Counted from the first letter of the stretch, positions 21,425 through 36,298 are shown. The stretch is 64,000 bases of DNA from Phoronis australis (GCA_002633005.1 NMRA01000645.1:1-64000), one strand, 5' to 3'. Made by a program: numbers and translations. The notes: generated from the sequence alone by a model not told the origin.

Positions 21425-23484
21425 ACCAAGGATCTCGGTAGACATTGCGAAACAGGCACAAAACAAATTCGTCGCTAGGGGACACACTACAGCTGTTGGT
21501 TGCTGAGGAAATCTCTGAAAGATTAAATACCAGTTAAACCCGAGAGAGAAACTTTCTTTAAATCATATATAACGTGCATTGTTATATGACTGTGAGGTCA
21601 GCAAAGGCAGGGGCCGCTACCGTGGCTGACCACCGAGTAACAATAAATCAAATAGATATTAAGAATTAAGAAGAACAATGTAAACAACAACAGAAAAAGT
21701 ACATCTACAATGAAATAAGATACAATGCAAGTTTATTTAAAAACGTAAATTAAATGTATTTTACAAAGAATTAAACACGGAGACTATTAATACAAGGGAG
21801 ACCGCACGGTTAGAAAAGCATGTGACTAAGATGTACATTTAAGACAGGTAATCACGGTTACTTCAATTAGAACATGCACAACCATGCAGAACGTTACACT
21901 GAGAGCTGCAAGTACTTAACGTGAAGAACCTGTGTAAACTATGCGTGTCCATTTAGTCAGTTACATATCTCGGAAGGATACAGTTGTTTATTAGACACGG
22001 TATTTTGAACATTAATTAATTTTCACACCTCTTGGTGACTGATGAAATTGGAAAAATCGTAAAAGTAAATTGGCAATTGATTATGTTTGAATTTGTAAAC
22101 GAATTTTAGGCAAGCTCGGTTAACTATGTCGTCAAGAAGAAGTGTTTGTTACTCCACTTGGCCGCAGTGCTCCTTCGATGATCCAAATAGTTTACCAAAG
22201 ACAATTTGCGTATGTACATTACCCCCATGTTTACCTTCCCGCAGTTGTGTAACATCAATAAAGTAATTAAAACTTGAAAATTAAATCGAAAAAACAGACC
22301 AAGACTTGGAAGTCAATCCGTCTGAAAATGCACGCCAGTAGTGCTTTTGTCTGTAGGAACACATTAACCAATCCATGATCCTCTGAAACGTTTGGTGGAT
22401 GCAGAAGCAGACAGCAAAATAGACTAAAAAATTAAATGGCCACTAAGTGGCTCAGAATACGTCAAAATACGTCCCAAAATGGAAAGGTGCAGTTGTTCAT
22501 CGTCACCTCTCTTTATACTTCAAGGCCATCAATCCACAGAACGCTAAAAAATTTCATTCACCAATGAAATATACACAAATTTAAAAGGCTTTAAGAATTC
22601 CTGTCGCACAATACTTTGACATTATCTATGAGAAATGTGATTTGTTGAGACTAGCCCCAACGTGGGTTCGATTACCGAATAATAGTTTAACCCCATTGCA
22701 AGAACGACTTAGAGAGTATAACCAAAATCGCAAGTAAATGGAACTATTTTCGATGCATTTTGTATGAAATGAACGAGAAATGCGACACGGGTGGTTGCCA
22801 GGACAATCATCTGATCAGTTAGTATCAGGAGTTCAGTGATTAAGAACCCCCGCAAAAATTTAGCCTATATCGCATTCTGTCAGTGTTAGTGTTAGTGTCC
22901 CTCGGTACAATTCTTAGGCTACTGTTTCTTGTCTATATTACTATTGACCTCCATCTGTGTACAAACGTGCATGGTGTCATCTTGTATGCTGATGACATAA
23001 TTATGCATCGCCTGCCAATATGCCAGCCGGTAAATCATTGTCTAGTGAATTAAGCGTTGGCTGTATGCAGGCTAGCTCATACAGAGACATGGAACGCGAA
23101 CAATTCTTGAAGAAAGTACCATCTCGCAACGTCTAGTACAAAGTAATTCACTTTACCGAGTGAGAAAATTTCAAGAAAATATCACAAAATTTACAATTTT
23201 GAAATACTTCCGACGGAAAAACTCTGGGAATACTGCAGTGTTTCTAATATCCCTCACACACGATAAATGTGCACATGCGCTCACAATCAGTTGCTTTTAG
23301 TTGAAGTCGCTTGAGGTCCAATGTCACATATAAGGGAAATGTGCTACGTCTACGTCTTGTCATATCAAATAAGGAGACGTCCATATGGGATAAAAAAGTG
23401 GCGAGCACTAGACAGGTCGCCTCGTTTTGGCATTTGATTGGCATGTAGAGTTACACCTGTACACTGAAATTGAAAAGAATTCCT

Positions 23485-23715
23485 TCAAATAATTGTATTA
23501 CGTCCAAATAATTACTTTATGCCTCTATATAATTATTTTACGTCTCTAATAAGAATTAACTAACGCACGTAATTTAATCGCGTAAAGTAATTCTTTACAC
23601 TGTAAATAATTACTTTACGTCGCAAGTAATTACTTTACGCTGCAAAAAATAACTTTACGCTGCAAATAATTAGTTTGCGCCACTAATAAGAATTAATTTG
23701 CGCACGTAATTTTGC
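23485..23715. repeat. minisatellite, ~20-bp unit (aaataattactttacgctgc-like)
   Basis: Repeated aataattactttac units in tandem. Confidence 0.8.
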
Positions 23716-23949
23716 GGAGACACTTCCCTCAACCGCCCACCATAAGACTCTTCGCTGATATGCTGGTACCTGCAGAGTTATAAAAATCAGTATAAACACC
23801 CGAGAATAGGGCTCTGCGCTGCTACGGGCAGCTAACAACAGCCCAAAGAAGCCGTGAAATTTGGCGTTTAGTCATCATTTAAACATTATATGTCTGATTA
23901 CGTTTTACAATTCATTGTTCATTGGTTCTTCCTCATGACACCTGCGTGT

Positions 23950-25042
23950 AGGGCTTTGAGTTACTGATAAATTAGGCCTAAACATTATTCAAAAACGTGA
24001 CCCCAGCGCTAGTGCAGCGTCAGGCCAATCAAAAACCTTGGGTCCTACTTCGTCTTCAACTCAGTTTAAAGGCCGGGGGTCTCCGCACCGCCCGACCAGT
24101 CCTGCTGACGAACTTTCCTTCAGGCTTTCATGTTTATTAAGCGAAAACATCTCTTAAAATTTGTATGTCTCTAACATCAAGCTTTTGGCAAGGCACTCTC
24201 CCACCATCAACATCAACCGAGATAGGCCCACCCGGCCGCGGCCGGGTTGAGCCTACACATCATGAGCAGTACAGGCCGGACGGGACCTGACCGCATCCTG
24301 AACTCTGGGATTTTATTTGCGACTTGCGCTTCAAGCCGGTCCAGGGCATACAGAGATGACTGAAACGGGACAACAATAGTATTGGGAGTCTGCGTCTCCT
24401 GCTGTCATGACGAAAGTGTGGCGAGACCATCAAGTTAGTGTCGCCGTACATCGTCCCTGCGACAGGTAACGAAAGCTGACTCAACTGCTCTCTTGCGGTC
24501 AAGACTGGAACCAATATATTAACAGGTCACAAAATTAAATAAGTCATTTGCGCACCAAAACTTGTTTAATTCTAAAACGAAAATTTGACGGCCACTTCGT
24601 AAAACATTATAATTTTACTTATGTGGGTACAACCTGAATGATGTTATTTCGGTGCATTATTCAAAATTATCCGGCCTGCATATTCATTGACCTGTGACAT
24701 TTGCTTGACACTTGATAAACAATCGTCGTTTCGAGCGTGGTGTCTGAGTGTGTAGGAAACGTGCTCTCAGAGTAAATGAAATTGCTTGATAAAGTGTTTC
24801 AGGTAAGAGTTTCAAGGAGTAGGTTAATCAGTATGGTTTTTACATAGTAGGGCTTAAGTGAACTTGTGGAATTGTGAACTCTAGACTTTGGAGAACTTGA
24901 AGACGTGGTGCGAGACATTTTCCCACAATCAACGTTTCGTCGTTCCAAGCAGTGATTGCCTGGCAAGTTCCACGCCTGATTCCCGCGAAGTCGCAGACTG
25001 GAGTGGAACATGCTCTTGTGACTTAAGATATTTCTATTGATT
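23950..25042 (+). promoter_or_regulatory. putative promoter/first-exon region of PPEF
   Basis: CpG-containing segment with a CCAAT near 24025, followed by donors CAG|gtaaga (24802) and TT|gtaagt (25042). Downstream DNA becomes visibly CpG-poor and T/G-rich on +. Confidence 0.4.
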
Positions 25043-25179
25043 GTAAGTTCCCATCTTTTGTTTTCCCCCCACCCCTTGTCTAGTAAGAAGAACTAAATTA
25101 TAACAACGTCTGGCCACGAGGGTAGTGATGATTAAATAACACCTGATGGAAAAATCTCACCCTTTTTGAACTAAGTATA

Positions 25180-25434
25180 CCCCTTCAAAACATCAGCCTA
25201 ATTAAATAAACTTCTCCATAGATGGATCCTTTTAAAGTGAAATTCCTTAAAATATCCCATTTTTGACAAAATTGTGCTCTACCAGAAACACTTAATGTGC
25301 CCAGGCCTGAAAAAGTGACACTTTCATTAGAATTTTTTCTGAAATATTCTTGCCTAAGTTTCTGGTGATTGCCTTCTGGGTGCACTGGGTGCACACCCCA
25401 ATTCATCAAGAATCGTAATTTTGTTCTTCAAGGG
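25180..25434. mobile_element. possible piggyBac-type MITE
   Basis: cccttcaaaaca ... tgttcttcaaggg|TTAA; left TSD degenerate. Confidence 0.35.
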
Positions 25435-25466
25435 TTAATTACCTCTTCTTTTTGTTTTTCTGTAAG

Positions 25467-25488
25467 CTTCTTGCCATGATCCGATAAG
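25467..25488 (+). other. candidate non-coding 5'UTR micro-exon of PPEF
   Basis: Long polypyrimidine tract + AG; donor AAG|gtaaga. Confidence 0.35.
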
Positions 25489-28400
25489 GTAAGATGTTTA
25501 ATTTAGCTTTTTAAATGTAGTTAGCTATTGTGCCCATATATAGATGTAAGTGTGTACCTACACACAGCTGTAATCTTTTTAGGTATGGAAACTAAGCATT
25601 GTTAACTTGGACCAATCCCCGGCAGATGGTTTCATTTTTACAATTTCCACTCCGTGATACCATTTGGCCACATCGCAGTACTTCAGCGTTGGACATGTTT
25701 TGCTTTTGGTCACGTCATTTGCATACGATTAACACATGCCATTATTTGTCGCGATTGCCTTTGATTGGCTCGTAGGTAATCGTGCCCTATAATGAAATGT
25801 AATTACAAATTTTTGATGTGGGTGTCTGATTTTCCAGCTCCCATGGAGGCTTCAGTTACAAATGTCAAACCTGAAAATAGATATCTTTGTTGGATAATTG
25901 AGTTTCAGGGTCTTGAGTTCTCAATCAATAAATTTGCCATTTGTTATGTATTCTGCCATCTTGGGCTTCTTTGGTCTTGCTCCAGGAGTTGTCTTTGTTA
26001 GCTTAGGACAACTTGTGTTGGAATTCTGCGATATCAATACTTTATAATTAACTCTTAATTAACGTACTGTTTTCGTCTTGGGGAACAATCATGTTTCACA
26101 CTCAACTCCTAGTTTCCAATTTTTTACGGTACTTTAATACAACAAGCTCTTTACATATTCGCTGCCTTAATTTATAGTCCATGAATTTCGATAACACAGT
26201 CTGCCTGCCTGCAACTCTTAAGAAGCACTTTGGAAGTACATTCTTCTGATGATTCTTTGCATGCATGTAAAGTGATGTGCTCACATCTATACAACGCCCG
26301 TGGTCATTGACCCGACTTGTCAAATTTGAAACCCTATTAACTAATTATTTGGTGTAATTGCAGCTTCATGGCCAATAAGTGGGACTTTGCCTTTTTTACA
26401 AAATTGGAAATCATATATGAAAGCATAATAATTCATTACACCCAGCTTGATCAGGCACTTCAGTTAATATTTCCTCACCTCATCGTTGAACCTGGATGTG
26501 ACTGGGAATTGAAGCTCACAGACTTCTCCTTCAGGTGGCGCTGTTTGCTGTAGGTTGATGCAACTTGCTGTCTAACAATGTGACAAAAATCAATGTCCAT
26601 TACAGACAGGCATTCCCAGTGGTGACAAAATCTACGGCTTGCATCTTATGAAACTAGTAGAATGAATTGGATACTTATCGTGATTTAATGTGTTCATTGC
26701 TGGCAGTGTTTTAGCTGATTTCAGTGCAGGGTATTAAATTGATTTGGCAGATTGGCTTTAGTTTGACATTCATTGAATTCACAACATAAAACCACATCTA
26801 TCTGAGTTGCTCGCAGCTAGACTTGGTGTCTTTACCTTCAGAAAATTGTAACCTATTCCGTAATTTAATCCTCTTATGATACAATCCAAAAGTATTCATA
26901 ATTCCTAGCTGGGCAGAAGTCAAAGTCATCTTCAGAGTGGTCTCCCCTGATGACTGAGAATGAAGGATAATTAATAGGAAAGTTAGGCGGGTGCGTGTGC
27001 TGTGCCATTTTGTAATTAGAGTTTTCTCGTCCTAATAGTTATTGAAAGTCATGTTTGCTGTTAACTGAGTTACTCATCATGACAGAGGGTGGGGTCTGGG
27101 AGAACTTCGGGAAATGATATTTTTCTGATTATTTTTGTCTTGCACTGTACATGCACAGACATAGCCACAAGGGCAGAAAAAGTCGTCCACAGGTCAACAA
27201 TTCAATTGTGGGTTGGCCCACATGTTTATTGCAAAAAGGCCTCATGGTCACCGCTCTCGTTTCGCTCCTTCCCAATGTCACCATTTTCCAAGTAGCTTGT
27301 TTCACTGTTTTCAGAGGGCTGGTAACTTCTTAATTCCTCTCCTATGTAGCACACTACATGGCGGACAAGTAAAATTTATTTTGTGTAATTTCTGAGCGAA
27401 AAGAAAACTTTAGCATTTTCTTAGCTTTGTTCGCGGTGTGCAGATGTCATAAATCAACATTTTGTGGAGTTTTTGATATTTACATTAAAGTAATCAGCCT
27501 TTGAAAAATATAGAACAGTGGTAATTGTGACAATTACTTTTGTGCGAAATATGTTAAGACTTACCATATATAGTTTTATGTATATTTATATGCTATGCAG
27601 CGCAAAAACATAGGGAAACTCCAAATCAGATAGTAGACATCAAGTCAAAGCTGTATGTACAAAGAAATGAAGGCATTAAGAAATGAAATCCATGCAAATG
27701 CAGTGAGTGGTGTGCTTAGCCTCATATGCATTGGTCAGCCGTGAAATTAATTGCATTAACACCTCTTTTGTCAATGTTACTTTTTCTAATCCGCCTTTGT
27801 TCTGGTTAAAAATCTTATTATCCTAATTGAACTGAGGTTATGATTAAATGTACCTTGAGATGTCTCCTTTGATTTGGCTGCTACGTGTAGGGATGAAAAA
27901 TGTTTCAGTAATCAATGGTTTACATAATTTTAATGGAATGATAGTGACGATGATATCGATTTTCTTTCAAAAGAGAAAATTAAGCTGGACACAGCCACTT
28001 TTGGGAGAATGACTGAAGTCCACAGTTTGAAGGTGAGAATTTCGAAAAATTCCTGTTTAAGTTAAGCAGCATTTTGTCATGCGTTGCTGTCTGAAAACCA
28101 AAAATTGAATTGAACAAGACTTTTAACTCTCATAAAATCTCCCTGCTCACAATTATCCTTACCATCATAGGATTCTATTTCGTTACCAACAACATGGAAA
28201 CCATCAGTGACTCAACGAAACGCTTCAGAGTCGAGTCTAAAATCTTGAATTCGAAATCGGTGCATCTGCGCATTGTCTGTGTCTATCTGTCAGTTGGTCT
28301 TGTAATATTCCTACTGTGACGGAAATCTAGTTCCATTACCAACAGGAATATTGAAACCATCAAGAAAACTGCCTTTTGCATAATACGGTGATAGTATTCT

Positions 28401-31400
28401 ATTTTTGTTTCCAACTCGAGTCATTGACCATGAATGTATACATATGCTTTGCATGAGACTTGAGTAAGCAATGGAACTAGAACTTTACCATGGCAAGAAA
28501 AATTGTGAGACAAACTGTAAGAGTAAAAGGTCTACTTCTATTTTTGGTTTTTACCTAGATAAACAGGGTGAAATGTTCAACTTCAAATATATATTTAATA
28601 AGGAGTGTAAATTCACTACTGAACGGATATAAAACAATCTTAATGGATACATTACCAGAAATTTGAGCAAATATTGTTCAGGTCCCAATACCGCGATAAT
28701 AGTGCACATACAGGGGTACCCGTCTGTGTATACCCTATATTGGGGTACAGCTGGAAGCTTGGATACCCAACCATTTAGAGAGTGGACTCAGAAAAAGAGA
28801 CCCATGTCTAGCGATCGAGCTTTCATGAAAGGTCCGGCTTTCATGTCACCCTTTCCTAGGGATTCTCTCCAGAAAATCCTCCCTGCTGTGGGGATAAATT
28901 CCATGAACCTTTTTGTAGGAATTCTTGGAAGCTCAATATTTATAATACTAAAATCTGTAGATTTGTGCTGTTAGAAAAGTGACCTTTTGTAGTTTCAAAT
29001 TCCTAAAGTGAACCTTTTTGTAGGGTGACAGAAAAGACACTCTTTGTTGTGGAATTTTATCAGTAAAGGCCCTCTTTCGTAGGGAAACTGGTTGTGATAT
29101 AATCAGCCTTCTGAGCGGCATGAGAACCATATGCCATGGGCATGGACGAAATTGTAATTTTCATTTTGCCCCAATAAATTTTATTATCTCAGAACAAAAA
29201 TGTCCTGAGACATTGACAGGTAGCTAAACAACCTTGTCTTTGATTTGGAGGTCTCTATCAATTTAGATTGAGGATAGGCATTTTCTCATTCTTCTAGGCT
29301 TGTACTGGTCAATTACAGTTCACACTTAGGTCTTTTATTCAAACCTGGCATGCTGACAGTAGGCCACATGGAGTGTATGGTAATTTGATTCTTTCCTACT
29401 ATTCTATTATTCATTCAAACACCACAATGGAAGACCACAGTTAGAGCAACACATGTGTTCAATGCAGCTTTTACTCATAACAAATTACACAAGCCAATGC
29501 AGTTGTTTTCAGGCATGACTGCTCTAAAGCAGGACTAAACAATCATTAGTTGTAATGTGTTTTCAGACCTTATTTCTTAGGGCCAACACCAGCAGAGAGC
29601 TTAGAACTCAGCTGGCTGCTTCAAGTGAAAGTTACCACACATTATCATTGTTATTAGTGTTCTCACAAACAATGAATCAAAAGCTCATTGATTTATAAAC
29701 TATGTTCAGTTGTAAACAGCCTAAATGTAGTACACACAGTTATAATAAACAAGAGAGTTGTTGTCAGGTGATGCAGTAATTAATTTTCATTGGTTATGGA
29801 AGGTATTTAGCTTACAGGGATATTCTTGAGCAGGTTTGAACCTGTGCTCTTTGGGTACACCTTACAATAAAAAGTGCCTTTTTTCAAAAAGTTATGCCCT
29901 GATCAGACTTTCCGTAACCGAAGTGGTAACACATATGAAACAGAAACCCCAAGGGCAATCGAACTAAGAACAGAGTCATGTTTTGCCCAACTGGCTGTAA
30001 GCTGACCAGAATCTTGCATTTTGGAAGTGTTGTGTTGCAATGTATTTGCACATTTTATTTCTTATGCATTAATGACGCAAAGGCACAGTCCAGGAATATC
30101 GCTGGGCATTTTTGGGGTCTTCTTAACCCTTGGGGTCAAAACACCCCAGTATTATCTGCAAACCCCAGAAAAAATCTAGTCTTGAGCTGTGGATATGGTG
30201 CCCAAACTTTGTTGCACTTAAGAAGTTTAAAGAAATCATTAATTGGCCATTAATTTATAAGAGTCTTAATTGTTAACACAAGAATTTTTCATGTCATAAG
30301 TTGTATTTTTGTTCATTTAAAATTATGTTTTATGCAAGGTAGTGATAAAAAATTTGTATTCCTCCTTTTACTTTCATTTTTAAGGGTCTTCTTATACGTT
30401 GGGGTCCAAACACCCCCGTTTTATCTGCAAGCCACTGGAAAATCGCATCGTAAGTTGTGAATGTAATGTCGAGAGCTACTGAGCTATCTTTTGGAAGAAT
30501 TTTTCTTGCACTTTAAATAAATTGGTCGTTAATTAGTAAGCGTCTCAATTTATAACCATCTTAAGTTGCATCATTTTAATTTGAGTGGTGATTTGAATGA
30601 AATAGACTTGAAACGGATGTTGCACTCAAAATTAAGTGTATTTTGGGGTCCTCTTTTGGACCCTCCAGGGACATGACTGGGTAACTTAAGACACTCCTAT
30701 TCTTCAATGGCAGATGATTTACAATAGAGTTACGCAGTCAAACCTTTTGTTCTCAAAAATGTGAATAAAGTCCTGGTTATCTAACTAATTGTGAGTACTG
30801 TCTGTGACTTGAGGGGGAACGTCATTGGTAAAACTACTCCTGAACGCCTACTCTTGTTCCTATTTTTTCCTACGTCTCACTTCACAGTTCTCACTTTTTC
30901 CTACTTTTTTGAAAATTTGTCCTACTTTTGTCCTATTTTTGCTTAAAACTGCTTGAAAGCCTGTCAACTGTATTTTTGGTAGAGGAGATATAGGTGGAAA
31001 TTTATGATACTCTTGCACCCTTGTAGAGAGTGGACTTGGAAAATGAGTACTCATTTGTACATAGCTTCCATGAAAAAAAAACGAACTTTCATAGGATTTG
31101 TCTTATAGGGGTCAGTTACTTAAATCCACAAATCTAACCCATTCGTAGGCATTTTGGGAAGCTATAATATTATGTTTTCAGACTTGAGTTTTTTCTTAAA
31201 AATCACAAATATACTATTTTGGTAATACCTCGTGTAAAAGTAGAATATTTTTAGAATTCCTAGAAGCTAATTGAAAACCAATGCAGAGTACGAAATGCAA
31301 AGGTTTCGTATGAATCCTATCCACCATTTCTTAGATTGCTGTTGGGAAGTATCCAAATTTGGACACATCTCTAGGGTCTTGTATGAACCATGAGTCCTAC

Positions 31401-34291
31401 TTTGAGAGTCCGGCATCATGTTTGGCAGTTGGTGAGCTGTGTTACCAGTCCAGATATGCTTTTGAGGGTATTAGTGACCTGTGTTAACTGGGTCCATGGG
31501 CTGTTTTTACATGTAAGGACTGATTGTGTGGTACTGAGTGAGTGGCAGTCATGTTGTTTCCTTCGTTATTAACTGCTGCCATGCTAATTAAACAATTGCG
31601 CTTGTAGTAAATCAATACAATTAGCAATTATATCATTCAAGACGAAAGAATCGTCACTAACGGTAAGCCAGAGTGATAAGATCTACTGGAAATCAATGGC
31701 TATTTGTTCTCAGGTGATGGTACACAACAAGCCAAAAGTATTCGCACCAAATGATCCGAAATTACCTATCATAACGGCTGGGCGGCAGCCAAATTCATTT
31801 TCAAAGTTTTTTCCCTGGTGACCAAGAATGAAGGGGAATCTACAGGAAAGTTTGTAAGGTGGCTAAGCCGTAATTAGTTATTTAATTTTTGTTGTTGACA
31901 GAATTGAGCCTTCTTGACTAGAAACTGTGTTTTGAACATTTACTTTTGTCTTAAAAGTCATGATCGGGTCAAATTTTTGGACTAAAACCTCCACCCATTC
32001 AATCAACCACATTTTGGACGTTAAAGCATCCTCCACCTGCATATTTTAAATATGTCACCACATTCTTATCCTTTGTTTTGAATTGGAAATTTTTAGAAGA
32101 AATCGCCTGGAGTTCCCAGGACAGCCATACAGCCTTGGCAACTGAAACTAACCGGCTGTGACAAGCATCTTTATAAGCCTGGTATGAAGCATTATAGCCC
32201 TATCACCTCTTATCAAGCCCAGAAATCATTTCTATGGACTCTTAAATTCTCTTGGCAATATGCATATTGTTGGTAATGTCTCTTAAATTCTCTTTGCAAT
32301 ATGCATATTACTGTTAATGTCTCTTTCCCATTGACTCTGCAATCCCCTTGTTATGTGGAGATGAGGTCACTGGGAAAGCGAAACTGTTGTCATTAGGCAG
32401 CCATTGCAACTTCTTTAAATATTAGGTGGGTGAGATATACTATGGAGTTGCACGACTCCTCTGTAATGGAAAGGTCAAGTCTACTCCGATGGAAATAATC
32501 GCTACAGGTTGTGACATGAAACACGGGTATTCAGTTGAGAGCGCGAATCAACTATGCCATCTGGTATTTAATTCCTAGAAGTGACAGAAGCTCCGATTTC
32601 ACTACCAGAGAGGAATTGATGCGAAAGGTAAAGGAGTAGCGGTGGACTTGCAATTGACCAGAGTTTTGCCAATGAAAAAGCGACATATCAAGTCTCATTG
32701 GTGGTAGAATACTGTGGTGGTTCAGTTAAATTAAAACTTTCTGCGTATGATAGGATAGAAATTCCAAATCCCGGCTGCATGCTAATGCCTTAAATGTGGA
32801 CGAGTCTCCTGTTGATTCACACAATACAAAGGTTATGGAAGACCCTATTGAGGAAAGTTAATTCAAAATCAGTTACCAGAAAATTTAACTGTTTCAATCA
32901 GCTAAAGTATATATTATGTGAAGGAAGAAACATTTGAGATTTTGAGATTATAAAAATATACTTTTTACTTATCTGTCATTGTTATTGTATTGTGGCCACC
33001 CTTTTTAAGACATATTTTCTTTTTTAATAAAAGTACATTCCTAGCACAAATACCCTTTATTTGATTTTAATGAAACTCTCTTTAGATGACTGCTTGCCAA
33101 TATTTCTCAAAAACCCTGTTAGGAATTTTCAATTACTCATTTAGTTTGATCTCTCTGCCAAATTAACTTGCAAAATGTTGGGCATTTTTGTAAAAAAACA
33201 GTCGTCGTATTCCTCTATGCCACAATACATTAAGAGTAGGATTTTAAAAAATGACATGTTTGAGATTGATAATAAGTATTGAAATTAGAAAGTTTCAGTT
33301 GATTCCATCAAGCCATTTTCGCGAACTCGTCTTCCTAAGTTCCGAGAAAGTTCACTGCCAAAGCTGAGAAAAAAGCGGAAAACTGTCGGGTCACTTTTTG
33401 CTTAATCATTTGGTGAAAATTTGGCTATGTATGCCTTGGTCAATTGTTCGTTATTTCAACAGTCACCTGCAACTTCAACTGAATTTTCAGTGCTTATAAC
33501 TTAATTATCACGTTTTAATGTTGTACGTTGGGTTTCATATCCCTCCACTCAAACTAGAACAAATGTGGAGCAGATAGTAAGTAGGTCAACAGTTCATTGC
33601 ATATAGACCACGTATCAGGGAGAGGCTATTGTCAAGAAACCAACTCAGAAATGGATGATGGAAATCGAGTTGGTGATTAAAGTGTGCCATGAGCATGAGG
33701 TCAAAACAGCATAACATCAAATTACTGATGAAATTATTAAATTTGGGTAAAAATTTATCTTTTTTCACAATTTAATTGCTACTTTCGTTAAATAAAGCCA
33801 CTGGCCGTCGTGGTGACTCGGACTTGGTGCTTTTGCTGTCAATGGTCGTTTGCACATAGACCCACAACTCCATCAGGATCAAAGTTGCGTTTTGTCTTTG
33901 TTTTCTGTGGCATCTGTCTATTCTGTGTACACCTCATTGACTCAAGGTTATGTCGACACTCGGAATGAAAGGACTGTAGATACCTACAGAAATGCTTCAT
34001 GGTTGGTACGATTTAAGTGACAGTTCTATAGCCTTTAAACTTTGATTAAGTAGTCAACAAATTTCTACACGGTTGAGGTGGGTCTAAAAAATCTATTCTG
34101 TTTTTTCTACCATAAACTGGCAAGATGTCGGTTTTACAATTAACTTGAAATGAATAAAAGTTTCATCCACACAGGTATTCAATATTGCCAAAAAATTTGA
34201 AGTAAGGTCCTACATATCCTTTAAATTTATTTCATTTATTGCCACGGTTGACACTCATCTTTGTGATATTTTATTATCTAATACAGTGTCA

Positions 34292-34527
34292 GGGGCCATT
34301 TTCAAGAAACTTAATTTCATTTTTTTACTTAAGTCTAAGATTTGTCTCAACTTCTAAACTTTGAAACTTCCATATCCTGGCAAGAAAGTCAAAATTAAGA
34401 CAAAAACTCAAGTCAAACTTAAGATCTCTTTCTTGAAATGGTCTGAAGACAAATTTAAGTTTTATGTTAAAATTAAATGAAATTTAAAATTTGTCTTAGC
34501 TAAGTCAGTTTTCTTGGAACATGCCCC
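34292..34527. mobile_element. MITE (GGGGC..GCCCC termini, Harbinger-like)
   Basis: ggggccattttcaagaaact ... agttttcttggaacatgcccc; second copy at ~16 kb. Confidence 0.72.
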
Positions 34528-35869
34528 TGGACTACACAGTGTATTGGGATTCCAGAAGTTATTGCATCATGTTTAAGAACATGTGTTTTTCATAACCGTT
34601 CAAAAAAACCTACAATTTACTAGAATCAGCCTGATAAGTTACGGCGTAACAGAATTCAAGTATTGTATTCACTGAGTTTCTACCAAGTTCAGTCTCGGAC
34701 TATTGGTAACTGTGCTAAATTTTTTATCAAGTTCCGTAAAATCTCGGACCCAGATATGTGAACCGTCTCGTACATGATTCTTCCCTCAGTGCTAACTAGT
34801 AAATTATATGATGCAAAATGAAGCATTTACAAGTGCATTGACTTCTGATTTTATTCAAATAATATAAGGATATAATGATGTATGGTTATCAGAAACTTAA
34901 GGTCAACCATCTCTCATTCAATCACACATGCACACCCACGTGTACACTTGAACGCATACACACATGCTCACGTGCGTGCACAAGAAGCTGTCCCAAAAGA
35001 TGTGAAATAGCTCACCATCTTCCACTTATACATGATGTGCATTTTTTCTGAAAATATTTTTTGAGATTTGGAATTTTTTAAGTCAGTGTCTGTGCATCAT
35101 CTGTTGGTTTTGACTTTTCAAAATCCATTGCTTATTACACTTTGCTAACATTGCAATCAAAGTTTGCTTCATGTAATTAAAATCAGTGTTTACAAAATTA
35201 CTTCTTAAGCAGTCTCACCATTAAATTTATGGGGTGTATTTTATCAGTGGCTGTTGACAACATAAACCCACTTGAGCTAATACAGAATGAGTAGTCTCTT
35301 GGGTTTTTATGACAGCGGAAAGCATTTAACTGGATTCTTGTCAAAGAATTATATATGTTCTGCCTTCAATAAACTTGATTTTGAAGTTTTTCAAGTGCTT
35401 CTGTGCTACCCTGAGAAGAAATTGATAAGATATTTCTTTAAATTTCGATTTTTGACAAAGTGGTCTCTGACAAATATGCGAACTTCAAAATTGTTTTTGT
35501 CATAGGCAGCACATTAATTTTGATTTTAGAGGTTTTGTGATATCTTTAAAATTCCAGTAATACAGTTAAGACTTGAGTAGTATAATTGCAGTGCATCTGA
35601 AAATGTTACACACATCAAGTAGAAAATCTGTAACATTCTGTGTTGGTGTTTCCATCAATCTGTCGTTGATTGAATTTTGTGATCATCTTTCCTGAATAAA
35701 ATTGAAGGAGAATATTTTGCATGGGCACTCAGGTTCCTTACAAAGCAACATTATGTGTTAGGACCATGCACCTATATTTGAAGCTGCCCCTGTCTGGATT
35801 TTGTGCCTATATGATAAACCATTTGAGTGAAACCTGTGCACATTGTGCAGCTGTTTGGAATGACCATAA

Positions 35870-36298
35870 GTGCCATTCACACTACTAAAGTTAACAGGGA
35901 TCAGTTGACAGGAAACAAGATGTTCTATCGCAAGTAGTGTGTAAACGGGACTGACATGGAGCAAACTGATACCGCAGTGACAATTTTTCCCACCCGTTTG
36001 TGAGGTAGAGCAATTTGCACCCGATCCTCTTACTCCGTGTCAATTATGTCTAAACGCGAAATTGGGACAAGACGGAAAGGATCATTTGCACTGCGCTTGT
36101 GCAATGACCTACATATGGGTTCTCTGTCTCTGCAACTCCCGCTATTTGAAAACCTGGGCATGTGCGTTCCACTCTCCAGCCTACAACTTCCGTCTTGCCA
36201 CAGTTAGTGAGTTGTGTGGGTTAATAACGGTTGCTTGACACCGATCAATTTGCTCCGTGTCAGTTGCACCAGACCAAAAGTTGATGTCTAAACGGGAC
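35870..36298. mobile_element. probable PIF/Harbinger-type MITE
   Basis: TAA|gtgccattcacac ... gtctaaacgggac|TAA, with an internal gtgtaaacgggac repeat and tgacatggagcaaa / tttgctccgtgtca inverted motifs. Confidence 0.5.

Noticed and set aside
23485-23715. CRISPR-like array
   Set aside because: Units are contiguous and degenerate, with no unique spacers and no cas genes; eukaryotic context.
28700-31410. Large composite element with internal ~250-bp-spaced repeats (ggggtc.aaacacccc..ttatctgcaa at ~30130 and ~30400)
   Set aside because: Repeat-derived, but boundaries and class could not be defined by eye.
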